Shown here piece by piece: positions 26,715 through 36,295 of a DNA stretch of 64,000 nucleotides. Every line of letters starts with the position of its first letter. The stretch's first letter is position 1. Source of the DNA: an uncultured Alphaproteobacteria bacterium (GTDB lineage: Bacteria > Pseudomonadota > Alphaproteobacteria > Sphingomonadales > Sphingomonadaceae); the NCBI GenBank assembly GCA_963750385.1, contig CAVVQJ010000003.1, forward strand, positions 16,831 through 80,830, written 5' to 3'. The position numbers and the translations under genes are program-made. The notes below the pieces were generated by a model that saw nothing but the letters and a program-made list of their open reading frames with translations, ran no database searches and was not told where the DNA came from.

Positions 26715-27247
26715 CGGTCCCGGCTGACCGCCGTCGCGCCGAGCGAAGCGAGATGCGCTGTCATGAACTGGCAATCGAGGAGGGTGAAATGGCCGAGCCT
26801 CATTCGGGCGACAAGCCAGGCCAGCGCCACTTTCGATGCATCGGTCATGCGGCTGAACATCGACTCTCCGAAAAAGGCGCGGCCGAGCTTTACGCCATAA
26901 AGACCGCCGACCAGCTCCCCTTGATGCCAGCATTCGATCGAGTGGGCATGGCCGACCGCGTGGAGCCCGAGCGTGGCGCGCTCGATGACCGAGTTGATCC
27001 AGGTCTCCGGTCGATCGGCGCACGCCAGAAGGACTTCGTGAAAGGCCATGTCGCGGGTGACAGTGAAGCGGCCCGACCGCACCCGCCGGGCGAGCGAGCG
27101 TGACAAATGAAAGGATTCCAGCGGGATGATCGCCCGGCTGCGCGGCTCGACCCAGAAGATGTCACCGGCATCGCGGCTGTCGGCCATGGGAAAAATCCCG
27201 GCTGCATAGCCGCGCAGCAGCATTCGGGGATCGAGGCCCTGACTCAT
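26480..27247 (-). CDS. aat: leucyl/phenylalanyl-tRNA--protein transferase
   Basis: LLRGYAAGIFPMADS...IFWVEPRSRAIIPL...HSIECWHQGELVGGLYGVKLGRAFFGESMFS. Confidence 0.9.
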   Translation of the reverse strand: MSQGLDPRMLLRGYAAGIFPMADSRDAGDIFWVEPRSRAIIPLESFHLSRSLARRVRSGRFTVTRDMAFHEVLLACADRPETWINSVIERATLGLHAVGHAHSIECWHQGELVGGLYGVKLGRAFFGESMFSRMTDASKVALAWLVARMRLGHFTLLDCQFMTAHLASLGATAVSRDRYAGLLSTALSPTGTSGSAGGVSASGGELVAGRSAGSSEGALPAPEFEALDRLLEAEGAIGAPGPSGQLIAQLLGQTS

Positions 27248-27259
27248 GTCAGGCTCTGC

Positions 27260-27607
27260 TCATAGCAGCCCGCGCACCTGGTCCTGCGGTCGGCACAGGC
27301 GCACACCCTTGTCGGTTTCGACCAGCGGACGCTGGATGAGGATCGGATGCTCCATCATGGCGTCGAGAATCGCGTCATCACCGACCGAGGGATCGGTCAG
27401 GCCCAGTTCGACGGCCAGCGGTTCCTTGTCGCGCAGACCCTGGCGCGGGGAGATTCCGGCGCGCTCATAGAGTTGTTGGAGATTTTCCCGGTTCGGAGGG
27501 GCTTTCAGATACTCGATGACGGTCACTTCTGCCCCCTCATTATTAAGGATTTCCAAGGTCTTGCGTGACGTACCGCACATTGGGTTGTGATAGATGGTGG
27601 CTTTCAT
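27260..27607 (-). CDS. arsC: glutaredoxin-dependent arsenate reductase
   Basis: MKATIYHNPMCGTSRKTLEIL...HPILIQRPLVETDKGVRLCRP. Close to E. coli ArsC as I recall it. Confidence 0.88.
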   Translation of the reverse strand: MKATIYHNPMCGTSRKTLEILNNEGAEVTVIEYLKAPPNRENLQQLYERAGISPRQGLRDKEPLAVELGLTDPSVGDDAILDAMMEHPILIQRPLVETDKGVRLCRPQDQVRGLL

Positions 27608-27813
27608 TGCTGCTCCGTTCAATTGGCGTTGTCGATGCTGCCACAGAGAGACTTCTCATAACAGCGGTTACGGCCGTTCGAAGGCCGAGATCGTTGAGTT
27701 GCCGGAACCTCCTGCGCCCAACGTCGTTAGGCGACACGTGACTTGTGCACCGCTGCCGGGGGCGTCGGGTCCTGGCGCACGGTCCGTGAAGAACGACAAT
27801 AGGGAGTCAGATT

Positions 27814-28368
27814 ATGCAGAAAACTATCATGGCGATGATGCTCGCCAGCGCGATGTCCCTCGGCGCCTGCGCAACCGACAGCCGTCAGGCCGGCGACATT
27901 GCCCAGGGCGCGGCGATCGGCGCGGCCGGCGGCGCGGCGATTGGCGCCGTGGTACCGGGCGTGAATGTGATCGAAGGCGCCGCGATCGGCGCAGGTGTTG
28001 GCGGTCTCGCCGGCGCAGTATGGGCCGACAACAACAACGACGGCTATGCCGATGGCTATGTCCAGAACGGGACTTATTATTCGGGCACGCCGCAGGGCTA
28101 TGACCCGACCCTTCGCCGCGTGGCGACGGGCGCCCTTGGTGGCGCCGCGCTTGGCGCGGTTGCCGGCGCGGTGATCCCGGGCCTGAGCGTAGTCGAAGGC
28201 GCCGTGGTTGGCGCGGCGATCGGCGGTCTCGCCGGTGCCGTGTGGGCCGACAATGACCGTGACGGCCGCGTGGACGGATACGTCTACAACGGTCAATATT
28301 ATCAGGGCACGCCGCAAGGCTACACCCCGACTTCCGCTCCGCCCCCGATGTCGGGCGAACGCGGCTAA
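27814..28368 (+). CDS. glycine-zipper lipoprotein with an internal duplication
   Basis: Lipobox SLGAC. There are two ~75-aa repeats, each with a G/A-zipper (GAAIGAGVGGLAGAVWADN / GAVVGAAIGGLAGAVWADN) followed by DGY..GYV.NG.YY.GTPQGY.PT. Confidence 0.7.
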   Translation: MQKTIMAMMLASAMSLGACATDSRQAGDIAQGAAIGAAGGAAIGAVVPGVNVIEGAAIGAGVGGLAGAVWADNNNDGYADGYVQNGTYYSGTPQGYDPTLRRVATGALGGAALGAVAGAVIPGLSVVEGAVVGAAIGGLAGAVWADNDRDGRVDGYVYNGQYYQGTPQGYTPTSAPPPMSGERG

Positions 28369-29702
28369 TGCGTGACCGGATCGTCTCCGGATGGTCCAGC
28401 AAGCCCGCCGGTCGCCTCGTGCGCCCGGCGGGTTTTGTCTCGGTTCTCTTGGTGGCGCTTATCGCTGCCCCGCCGCTGCTGGCGGCGCCGCCCATGGCAG
28501 CGGCCGCAAAGACTGCGGCGGTCGGCGACGTCACTGCGAACCCCAGATGGTTCAAAAACGGGGATTTCCGGGCGGCGGAGACGCTGGTCGATCTGCTGGA
28601 AACCTCGAAGCTCGACGGGCTTAAACCGTCCAAATTTCCGATTAGCTCGCTGAAGAGCGCACTGCGGCGGGCCGAAAGAGGTGATCCGCAGGCGCTGATG
28701 GACGCCAACCACAAGTTCAACGAGGCTTTGGTCCGCTATGTCCAGGCGCTTCGGAGCGACGCGAGCCGCGGCTGGATTCTGGTCGACAAGGAGTTGGCGC
28801 CGGGACGCGTGACATCGAGCCAGATACTGGCCACAGCCGCAGCAGCGCCCTCCCTGGCCGACTATGTTGCCAATATGGGCTTCATGCACCCGGCATACGC
28901 CGAGCTTAGGCGGGCGCTCGAAAGGGCCAACAACGGTCAGCCCGAAGCACTGATCAGGATAAACATGCAGCGGCTGAAGATGCTGCCCGGTTCTGGCCGC
29001 TATGTGCTGGTCAACGCCGCCGCCCAACGACTGCAGATGATCGACAATGGCGAGGTTGTCGGGGAAATGAAGGTCGTTGTGGGCAAGCCGAAGAACCCGA
29101 CGCCAGTGCTTGCCGCCAACATCCGCTACGCGGCGCTCAACCCCTATTGGGAGGTTCCACCTGACCTGGCGGCAGAGCGGATCGCGCCCAATGTGGTCGA
29201 GGAGGGCCTCGGTTACCTCAAGCATCATGGTTATGTGGTCTTGTCTGATTGGGGCGAGACGCCCGAACGCGTCGATCCGTCGACTATCGATTGGCAGGCG
29301 GTTGCCGATGGAAAGATCATGGTGCGCGTCCGCCAGAATCCCGGACCGGGCAACGCGATGGGCCGGATGAAATTCATGTTTCCCAACGCTGAGGGCGTCT
29401 ACCTGCACGACACGCCCGACAAGCAGCTGTTGAACGAGGCGGCCAGGCTGTTCAGCGGCGGATGTGTGCGGCTGGAGGATGCGCCGCGGCTGGGCAAATG
29501 GATGTTCGGCAAGGCGCTCGATCCCAAGGGCGCCAGGCCGGACGAGAAAGTCGAGTTGCCCAAGCCCGTTCCGGTCTACATCGGCTATCTGACTGCGATG
29601 CCCGACGGCGGCCAGCTGACCTATTATGATGACATCTACGGCCGCGATCAGGCTGCGCTGGCGCAACAGCAAAATGGCACAACCCAGCTCGCTACCTTCT
29701 AG
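28368..29702 (+). CDS. L,D-transpeptidase (YkuD domain) with an N-terminal PG-binding-like region
   Basis: VVVGKPKNPTP...YLHDTPDKQLLNEAARLFSGGCVRL (H...S.GC.R catalytic motif); 444 aa. Confidence 0.85.
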   Translation: MRDRIVSGWSSKPAGRLVRPAGFVSVLLVALIAAPPLLAAPPMAAAAKTAAVGDVTANPRWFKNGDFRAAETLVDLLETSKLDGLKPSKFPISSLKSALRRAERGDPQALMDANHKFNEALVRYVQALRSDASRGWILVDKELAPGRVTSSQILATAAAAPSLADYVANMGFMHPAYAELRRALERANNGQPEALIRINMQRLKMLPGSGRYVLVNAAAQRLQMIDNGEVVGEMKVVVGKPKNPTPVLAANIRYAALNPYWEVPPDLAAERIAPNVVEEGLGYLKHHGYVVLSDWGETPERVDPSTIDWQAVADGKIMVRVRQNPGPGNAMGRMKFMFPNAEGVYLHDTPDKQLLNEAARLFSGGCVRLEDAPRLGKWMFGKALDPKGARPDEKVELPKPVPVYIGYLTAMPDGGQLTYYDDIYGRDQAALAQQQNGTTQLATF

Positions 29703-29708
29703 GCGGCA

Positions 29709-30422
29709 TTAAAGCCGCCAGGTTGCGACATATTCGAGCGAATAAGGAATGGGCCGGCCAAGATTATCCTCGGCCGGACGAAACCGCAGGCGTCTCGTCA
29801 ACAGTGGGCAAAGACCCGAGTCGACGACTCCGTCGCCACTCGACCGCACCACGCGGCAGTCGGTGGGCACTCCGTCGGTCTGAACACGAAGCGCAACCAT
29901 TGCCCGGCCGCTTGGAAGACGTCCGGCGGCGAGCGCGCGATAATCGCCGCGACTGACGTTGCGGATCAGCCGGGCCGGTGAAAATCCCGAGGTGTCGCCC
30001 GATCCCCCACCGCCTCGGCCGCTGCCGGATCCTCCCGCGCCCGTGCCGCTGCCGGCTGTCGAGGCGCCGGCGCTGGGCGAGGTTCCGGGCCCCGGCAAGG
30101 GCGCGGCTACAACCGGGGGTGTTGAAGGCACGACAATCCGCGGCCTGGGCGCAACGATGGGGGTCGGCTCGGCCTTCTTTCCGGCGGCGCCTTCCTCGTC
30201 CCGAGCTCGGTCGGCGCGCGCTTGAGGCGGCGGTGGAGGCGGCGGGGGCTGCTTGATGTCGATCAAAACCGTGGGGACGTTCTCGCGGATTGCCGACACG
30301 GTGCCGGGACTGGTCAGGATCAATGCGGCGATGGCCGCATGGACCATCACCACGGCGGCAATCGCCTTGGCGCGATCGGGGCGCGAGGGACGGGCGCGAT
30401 AGCTGGCCATGTCGACCGCCAT
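29709..30422 (-). CDS. TonB-family protein (energy transducer C-terminal domain)
   Basis: TM anchor AIAAVVMVHAAIAALIL, a PPPPPPPP linker, a Gly/Ser-rich region and a TonB-C-like end RAMVALRVQTDGVPTDCRVVRSSGDGVVDSG...LRFRPA. Confidence 0.7.
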   Translation of the reverse strand: MAVDMASYRARPSRPDRAKAIAAVVMVHAAIAALILTSPGTVSAIRENVPTVLIDIKQPPPPPPPPQARADRARDEEGAAGKKAEPTPIVAPRPRIVVPSTPPVVAAPLPGPGTSPSAGASTAGSGTGAGGSGSGRGGGGSGDTSGFSPARLIRNVSRGDYRALAAGRLPSGRAMVALRVQTDGVPTDCRVVRSSGDGVVDSGLCPLLTRRLRFRPAEDNLGRPIPYSLEYVATWRL

Positions 30423-30488
30423 AAAACGCGCGTAAGCGCAAAAATATGCCCATTGTTGCTTTCCGGAAGCTGTGGCAGCGTCCGTTTC

Positions 30489-31058
30489 GTGACCGAGGAA
30501 TCCGATCTGGCAAATCGCAGGGCAGCGTTGAGCGACGCGCTGCAACGCGTCGCGCGCGGTCAGAAGGATTCGCTGGCCGGCGTCTATTCGGCAACCTCCG
30601 CGAAGCTGTTCGGCATTTGCCTGCGTATCTTGGGGAACAGGCAGGAAGCGGAGGATGTGTTGCAGGACGTTTATGTGACCGTCTGGCGCCGGGCAGGCAG
30701 CTTTGATCCTGCGCGCGCCAGCCCGATTACATGGCTGGCCACGCTTGCCCGCAATCGAGCAATCGATCGGTTGCGCTCACTCAAGCGAACCCCCGGCGCC
30801 GAACCCGTGGAGGCGGCAGGCGAAATTCCCGATTTGGCGCCGAGTGCGCTGTCGCGGCTCGAATCGGCGGAGGACGCACAGCGGCTGGCCGGCTGCATTG
30901 GTGAGCTGGAGGTCAAGACGGCCGGGGCCATCCGCTCCGCCTTTTTTGGCGGGCTTACCTATTCCGATCTGGCGGAGCGGGCAGAAGTGCCGCTGGGAAC
31001 GATGAAGAGCTGGGTCCGACGCGGCCTGATGAAGCTGAAAGATTGCCTGCAGCGATGA
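30489..31058 (+). CDS. ECF-type RNA polymerase sigma-70 factor (SigK-like)
   Basis: EAEDVLQDVYVTVWRRAGSFD (region 2), ITWLATLARNRAIDRLR, LTYSDLAERAEVPLGTMKSWVRRGL (region 4). GTG start. Confidence 0.85.
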   Translation: MTEESDLANRRAALSDALQRVARGQKDSLAGVYSATSAKLFGICLRILGNRQEAEDVLQDVYVTVWRRAGSFDPARASPITWLATLARNRAIDRLRSLKRTPGAEPVEAAGEIPDLAPSALSRLESAEDAQRLAGCIGELEVKTAGAIRSAFFGGLTYSDLAERAEVPLGTMKSWVRRGLMKLKDCLQR

Positions 31059-31759
31059 CGCCTCGTGAATATCTTGCCGCGGAACATGCGCTCGGCATCC
31101 TCGAAGGCGAGGATCTTGTGGAGGCGCGTGGGCTGATTGCGTCCGATCCCGAGTTCGTCCGCGAAGTGGAGGCGTGGGACGACCGGTTCGCGCCGCTGTT
31201 CGATGAAATGGGCGAAGAAACGCCGCCCGAAGTCGTGTGGGAACGGGTCAAGGCCAAGATTGACGCGGATCGTGGCGGCGACGTGATCGATCTCAGGCGC
31301 CGGCTCGGCTGGTGGAAGGGCATGACCGCGGCCGCGTCCGCCGCGGCGGCCTCGCTCGCGCTGGTCGTGGCCTATAACGTGACGCGCCCGCCGCCGCCCG
31401 CGGTCGCCCCTCCGCAGCGCGGACCGATCATGGTCGCTTCGCTGACATCCGATGACAAGGCGATGATCATGTCGGCCACGTGGGAAGCCGACGACAAAAG
31501 CCTGACGGTGGCGCCGGGCAATATGCGCCCAGCCGCCGGCCATAGTCATGAACTGTGGATTATCCCGGCCGACGGGACTCCGCGTTCTCTCGGGATTGTC
31601 ACAGGCGACGCGCCGCGCCGCATTTCCATTCCCGCCGACTTGGCCGCGCATTTCGCGGAGGCCGCCACACTCGCCATTTCGGTCGAGCCCGAGGGTGGCT
31701 CGCCCGGTCCCGGCCCGACCGGCCCGGTCGTCGCGAGCGGAGCGCTCGCCCGGGTCTGA
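31055..31759 (+). CDS. anti-sigma-K factor RskA family
   Basis: ATGA overlap with the sigma gene. LAAEHALGIL...DPEFVREVEAWDDRFAPL, one TM segment, and a C-terminal HELWIIPADGTPRSLG...AISVEPEGGSPGPGPTGPVV typical of RskA. Confidence 0.8.
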   Translation: MTPREYLAAEHALGILEGEDLVEARGLIASDPEFVREVEAWDDRFAPLFDEMGEETPPEVVWERVKAKIDADRGGDVIDLRRRLGWWKGMTAAASAAAASLALVVAYNVTRPPPPAVAPPQRGPIMVASLTSDDKAMIMSATWEADDKSLTVAPGNMRPAAGHSHELWIIPADGTPRSLGIVTGDAPRRISIPADLAAHFAEAATLAISVEPEGGSPGPGPTGPVVASGALARV

Positions 31760-31765
31760 ACCCGT

Positions 31766-31794
31766 TGCATCCGACGCGCCGTACCTTTCGTAAC
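31766..31794 (+). promoter_or_regulatory. candidate ECF-type promoter upstream of the fasciclin gene
   Basis: TGCATCC-N16-CGTAAC lies 46 nt upstream of the ATG. The spacing and the CGT -10 element are ECF-like. This is a guess with no consensus available to me. Confidence 0.2.
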
Positions 31795-31839
31795 TCCTGA
31801 TGAACCTCCTGCAACGAGGGGGATGCAACAGGAGGAAAT

Positions 31840-32436
31840 ATGATGATCAGCTTCTCGCCGTTCGCAATCGCCGGAGCCGCCGCGCTTGCCTTGTCGGGCT
31901 GCGCCGCGATGGACGATGGCATGAGCAGCAGTTCCGCCAAGACAGCTTCGGCCGCGGTGCCGATGGTCGGCGGCGCGCCGATGTATCCGACGAAAAACAT
32001 CATCGAGAATGCGGTAAATTCCGCCGATCACACCACGCTCGTCGCTGCCGTGAAGGCGGCCGGCCTGGTCGATACGCTGTCGGGGCCGGGCCCCTTCACC
32101 GTGTTCGCGCCAACCAATGACGCCTTTGCCAAGCTCCCGGCGGGAACCGTCGAAACCCTGCTGAAGCCTGAGAATAAGGCAATGCTGGCGTCGATCCTGA
32201 CCTACCACGTCGTTCCCGGCCGGATGACCGCCGCCGACTTGATGGCGGCGATCCGCGCGGGCGGCGGGACGGCCACCCTCACCACGGTCCAGGGTGGAAC
32301 GCTCAGGGCCAGCATGATGGGCGGCATGATCATGCTGATCGATGCCAAGGGCGGCATGACCCACGTCACCCAGGCCGATGTGATTCAGTCCAACGGCGTG
32401 ATTCACGTCACCGATTCGGTCTCTCTCCCCGGTTAG
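31840..32436 (+). CDS. fasciclin (FAS1) domain lipoprotein
   Basis: Lipobox LSGC; TLVAAVKAAGLVDTLSGPGPFTVFAPTNDAFAKLP...LTYHVVPG...NGVIHVTDSV. Strong AGGAGG RBS. Confidence 0.9.
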   Translation: MMISFSPFAIAGAAALALSGCAAMDDGMSSSSAKTASAAVPMVGGAPMYPTKNIIENAVNSADHTTLVAAVKAAGLVDTLSGPGPFTVFAPTNDAFAKLPAGTVETLLKPENKAMLASILTYHVVPGRMTAADLMAAIRAGGGTATLTTVQGGTLRASMMGGMIMLIDAKGGMTHVTQADVIQSNGVIHVTDSVSLPG

Positions 32437-32539
32437 AGGGGAGACGGCCGGCCCGTTCACCCCTTGTCGGGCCGGCCGCACATCTCGGCCTTCGAAATTC
32501 CGGGGGAGGCATTGCAACTCGTCGAACAGGACAATTCAA

Positions 32540-33208
32540 ATGTCATACTCAGCAAAGATAATGGACCGCCTGGTAATCGGTAGCTGCGCGCTGGCGCTGG
32601 TCGCGGCCGCTCAACCGGTCATGGCGCAAACCTATAAGGTCAACCTTCGCCCGCTCAACCAGAGCGGCGTGACCGGCAAGGGTTCACTCATCCTAAACGC
32701 GGACAAGACCCGGTTAACCGTCAAGATCGACGCGACCGGGCTCGAAAAGAACCAAGTTCATGTCGGCCACATCCATGGTCTGGTTGCCAGCGGCAATGAA
32801 CCGGCCGACAGCTCGATTCCGAGCCCGAAACAGGACAGCGATCGCGACAAATATGTCGAGCTGGCCGAGGGCGCGGTGACCTATGGGCCGATCCTCATCA
32901 CGCTGGGTACCGACAATGGCGGAAACCTCGACCCCGATGGCGACGGGACCATCCATTATGAGCAGACGTTCAACCTCGAGGATTTGGCGATCTATGCCGA
33001 CACCTTCAACAAAATGTCGGTGATCGGCTCGGGCAATTCGCTGCAATTGCGTGAGATCATCATCCACGGGCTGACCGTTCCCGCTACGGGTGTGGCGCCG
33101 GGCGAGGTCGATGGCACGGCGGGTTACAAAACCGTCTTGCCGGTTTCCGGCGGAGAGATTGGCACGGCAGGCGACGCGATGAAGTTCCGCACCGTCCCGC
33201 GCAACTAA
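32540..33208 (+). CDS. secreted CHRD-domain-like protein
   Basis: Signal peptide; LRPLNQSGVTGKGSLILNADKTRLTVKIDATGLEKNQVHVGHIHG has the CHRD-like pattern ...G.G.a.l.l......l......gL......HIH.G. Confidence 0.55.
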   Translation: MSYSAKIMDRLVIGSCALALVAAAQPVMAQTYKVNLRPLNQSGVTGKGSLILNADKTRLTVKIDATGLEKNQVHVGHIHGLVASGNEPADSSIPSPKQDSDRDKYVELAEGAVTYGPILITLGTDNGGNLDPDGDGTIHYEQTFNLEDLAIYADTFNKMSVIGSGNSLQLREIIIHGLTVPATGVAPGEVDGTAGYKTVLPVSGGEIGTAGDAMKFRTVPRN

Positions 33209-33316
33209 CCGATTCAAGCTCGGCGGCTGGCGGGGGTCAGCCGCCGTCGCCGCCGGCATTGGTTTCCGCGTAGTTACCGTGTCGGCGGCGGCATTATTCG
33301 GGCAAATACAAACTAT

Positions 33317-34667
33317 TTAGGCGGGATTTTCGTCCAGCCACCTTTCGAGCCATTTGATCGTGTAGTCGCCCGACAGGAAGGCTTCATCGCGAATGATGCG
33401 CTGATGCAGAGGGACAGTCGTTTTCATTCCCTCAACGACAAATTCCTCAAGCGCGCGCTTCAGGCGCTGGATGCAGCTGGCGCGGTTGGTGCCATAGACG
33501 ATCAGCTTCCCGATCATGCTGTCGTAATAGGGCGGCACCCTATAGCCCGCGTAGAGCCCGCTATCGACCCGGACATGCATTCCGCCCGGCGCGACATAAT
33601 TTTTCACCAGGCCAGGTGACGGAGCAAAGGTCTGCGGGTCCTCGGCATTGATGCGGCATTCGATCGCATGGCCGTGGAGGCGAACCTGATCCTGGGTACA
33701 ACTGAGCCCGTCGCCTTGCGCGACGCGGATCTGCTCGCGCACCAGGTCGATCCCGCTGATCATCTCGGTTACCGGATGTTCGACCTGCAGCCGGGTGTTC
33801 ATCTCGATGAAGTAGAATTCGCCATTTTCATACAGGAACTCGATCGTGCCAGCGCCGCGATAGCCCATGTCGGCCATCGCCTTCACGACAACGTCGCCCA
33901 TTTCCTTGCGCTGCTTGGCGGTGATGGCCGGGGATGGCGCTTCCTCGATCACCTTCTGGTGACGGCGCTGGATCGAACAGTCACGCTCCCCCAGATGGAT
34001 TGCCTTGCCCTCGCCGTCGCCGAAAATCTGATATTCGATGTGGCGGGGGTCGCCGAGGTATTTCTCGAGGTAGACGGTCGGGTCGCCGAACGCGGCATTG
34101 GCCTCTGAAGACGGCCTGGCTCATCAGGCTTTCGAGCTGGTCCTCGCTCTCGACGACCTTCATCCCGCGCCCGCCGCCGCCGCTCGCCGCCTTGATGATG
34201 ACGGGATAGCCGACTTGCCTGGCAATTGCCTTGGCTTCGGCAGCATTCTTAAGCGGGCCCGGCGAACCGGGAACGAGCGGCAGGCCGAGTTTCTCCGCGG
34301 TGCGCTTGGCCTCGACCTTGTCGCCCATGACGCGGATATGCTCGGGCTTGGGACCGACCCACACCAGGCCATGTCTCTCGACGATTTCGGCAAACTGGGC
34401 GTTTTCGGACAGGAAGCCATAGCCGGGGTGGACCGCGTCGGCGTGAGTAATCTCGGCCGCCGAAATGATGTTGGCGATGTTGAGATAGCTGTCCTTGGCC
34501 GGCGGTGGGCCGATGCACACCGCTTCGTCCGCCAGCCGGACATGCATCGCGTCGGCATCCGCGGTCGAATGGACGGCGACCGTCTTGATGCCCATCTCGT
34601 GACAGGCGCGATGGATGCGAAGAGCGATCTCGCCGCGATTCGCGATCAGCAATTTCTGGATTGGCAC
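33317..34667 (-). CDS. accC: acetyl-CoA carboxylase biotin carboxylase subunit (one frameshift near 34110-34120)
   Basis: [22 protein letters not shown]...[16 protein letters not shown] lies in ORF 33981..34667. The sequence continues in the frame of ORF 33317..33952 (IEEAPSPAI...[14 protein letters not shown]...). GTG start. Confidence 0.93.
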
Positions 34668-34683
34668 TAGGTCATGTCCAGTC

Positions 34684-35151
34684 TTACTCGATGACGACGA
34701 GAGGCTGGTCGAATTCGACCGGTTGGGCGTCGCCGATCAGAATCTGCGCGACCTTGCCGGCCTTAGGCGCGGTGATCGGGTTCATCACCTTCATCGCTTC
34801 GATGATGAGCAGCGTGTCGCCCGCCTTGACCGTCTGGCCGGGGGTAATGAAGGGCTTGGCGCCGGGCTCGGGCGCGAGGAACGCAGTGCCGACCATCGGC
34901 GACTTGACCGCATCCACCGGCGCAGCGGCGCCAGCCTCGGCCGGACTTGGAGCCGCGATCGGCGCTGGGGCAACAACGGCGGGCGAGGGCGCGTAGGCCA
35001 TGACCGGCGCCCCTTCACGGCGGACCTTGATCTTGCGGTCACCATCCTCGACTTCGATTTCGGTCAAATCATTGGTCGACAGCAGCTCGGCGAGTTCACG
35101 AAGGAGCGCGCCATCGACGCGCATCGGCTGCTGTTCCTTTTGATCGGCCAT
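34684..35151 (-). CDS. accB: biotin carboxyl carrier protein
   Basis: ...[19 protein letters not shown]...[19 protein letters not shown] (the biotinyl-lysine EAMKVMN motif). Confidence 0.93.
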   Translation of the reverse strand: MADQKEQQPMRVDGALLRELAELLSTNDLTEIEVEDGDRKIKVRREGAPVMAYAPSPAVVAPAPIAAPSPAEAGAAAPVDAVKSPMVGTAFLAPEPGAKPFITPGQTVKAGDTLLIIEAMKVMNPITAPKAGKVAQILIGDAQPVEFDQPLVVIE

Positions 35152-35294
35152 GCTTTCAAAACCTCAATTCACGCTGCGGCGCTCCCTGTCAGAGCAGGGC
35201 CGCCGCGTCCAGTGGCAGCAGATCGGCGGTGGCGCCGCCATGGAGAGCCCCTATATGAGCACCAAGTTCATCCGTGAAGCGAAAGCGTAGTCTC

Positions 35295-35513
35295 ATGAGC
35301 CTCGACGGAACGGCGGGCGTAACCATCAATGGCGAGCAGCGCCGTGTGCAGCAAGGCTCTAGCCTGGCGCAGATGATTGCTGAGGCAGGTTTTGATCCTG
35401 CCCGCGTCGCCGTCGAACGCAACCTGGAGATCGTCCCGCGCTCGACCTTCGAACAGGTGATTGTCGCGGATGGCGACGCGTTCGAGATCGTGCATTTTGT
35501 CGGGGGTGGTTGA
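35295..35513 (+). CDS. thiS: sulfur carrier protein ThiS
   Basis: ...[35 protein letters not shown], with the C-terminal GG. Confidence 0.85.
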   Translation: MSLDGTAGVTINGEQRRVQQGSSLAQMIAEAGFDPARVAVERNLEIVPRSTFEQVIVADGDAFEIVHFVGGG

Positions 35514-36285
35514 GTTGACTGACACATGGACTGTGGCCGGCCGCACCTTCACGTCGCGGCTGATCGTCGGCACGGGAAAATACAAGGACTTCGCTCAGAA
35601 TGCGGCGGCCGTCGAGGCGTCGGGCGCTCAGATTGTCACGGTTGCGGTTCGGCGTGTGAATATTTCCGATCCGGGCCAGCCGACACTGCAGGATCACATC
35701 GACCCGAACAAGATCACCTACCTTCCCAACACCGCCGGCTGCTTCACCGCCGAGGATGCGATCCGAACGTTGCGGCTAGCGCGGGAGGCGGGCGGCTGGG
35801 ACCTGGTCAAGCTGGAGGTGCTGGGCGAGGCGAAGACGCTATACCCTAACATGAAGGAAACGCTCCGCGCGACCGAGGTGCTGGCGGGCGAGGGCTTCCT
35901 GCCGATGGTTTATTGCACCGACGATCCCATCGCCGCGAAACAGCTTCAGGACGCGGGCGCGGTGGCGATCATGCCGCTGGGCGCTCCAATCGGGTCGGGA
36001 TTGGGACTTCAGAACCTCATCACTATCCGCCTGATCGTCGAAGGCGCCAGCGTGCCGGTGCTGGTCGATGCCGGCGTGGGCACGGCAAGCGACGCGTCCG
36101 TGGCGATGGAACTGGGCTGTGACGGCGTTCTGATGAACACCGCCATCGCCGAGGCCAAGGATCCGGTGATGATGGCACGGGCGATGAAGCTGGCGGTCGA
36201 GAGCGGCCGGCTGGCCTATCTGGCGGGCCGGATGGGCAAAAGACGCTATGCCGATCCGTCGAGCCCGCTGGCAGGGCTGATCTAG
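35506..36285 (+). CDS. thiG: thiazole synthase
   Basis: [10 protein letters not shown]...YLPNTAGC...KLEVLGE...[12 protein letters not shown]...[13 protein letters not shown]...[11 protein letters not shown] start overlapping the thiS stop. Confidence 0.93.
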   Translation: MVELTDTWTVAGRTFTSRLIVGTGKYKDFAQNAAAVEASGAQIVTVAVRRVNISDPGQPTLQDHIDPNKITYLPNTAGCFTAEDAIRTLRLAREAGGWDLVKLEVLGEAKTLYPNMKETLRATEVLAGEGFLPMVYCTDDPIAAKQLQDAGAVAIMPLGAPIGSGLGLQNLITIRLIVEGASVPVLVDAGVGTASDASVAMELGCDGVLMNTAIAEAKDPVMMARAMKLAVESGRLAYLAGRMGKRRYADPSSPLAGLI

Positions 36286-36295
36286 CGGGCTCGCG

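Noticed and set aside
28365-29672. 435-aa minus-strand ORF, and the 297-aa ORF 27827..28720.
   Set aside because: They are antisense to the L,D-transpeptidase and the Gly-zipper lipoprotein, both of which carry diagnostic motifs.
31546-32517. 323-aa minus-strand ORF.
   Set aside because: It is antisense to the fasciclin gene and the end of the anti-sigma gene, with no recognisable motifs.
35152-35294. A TPP riboswitch upstream of thiS-thiG.
   Set aside because: I looked for the conserved CUGAGA and ACCUGAUCUGGAUAAUGCCAGCG elements on the plus strand and did not find them. Only a generic GC hairpin is present.
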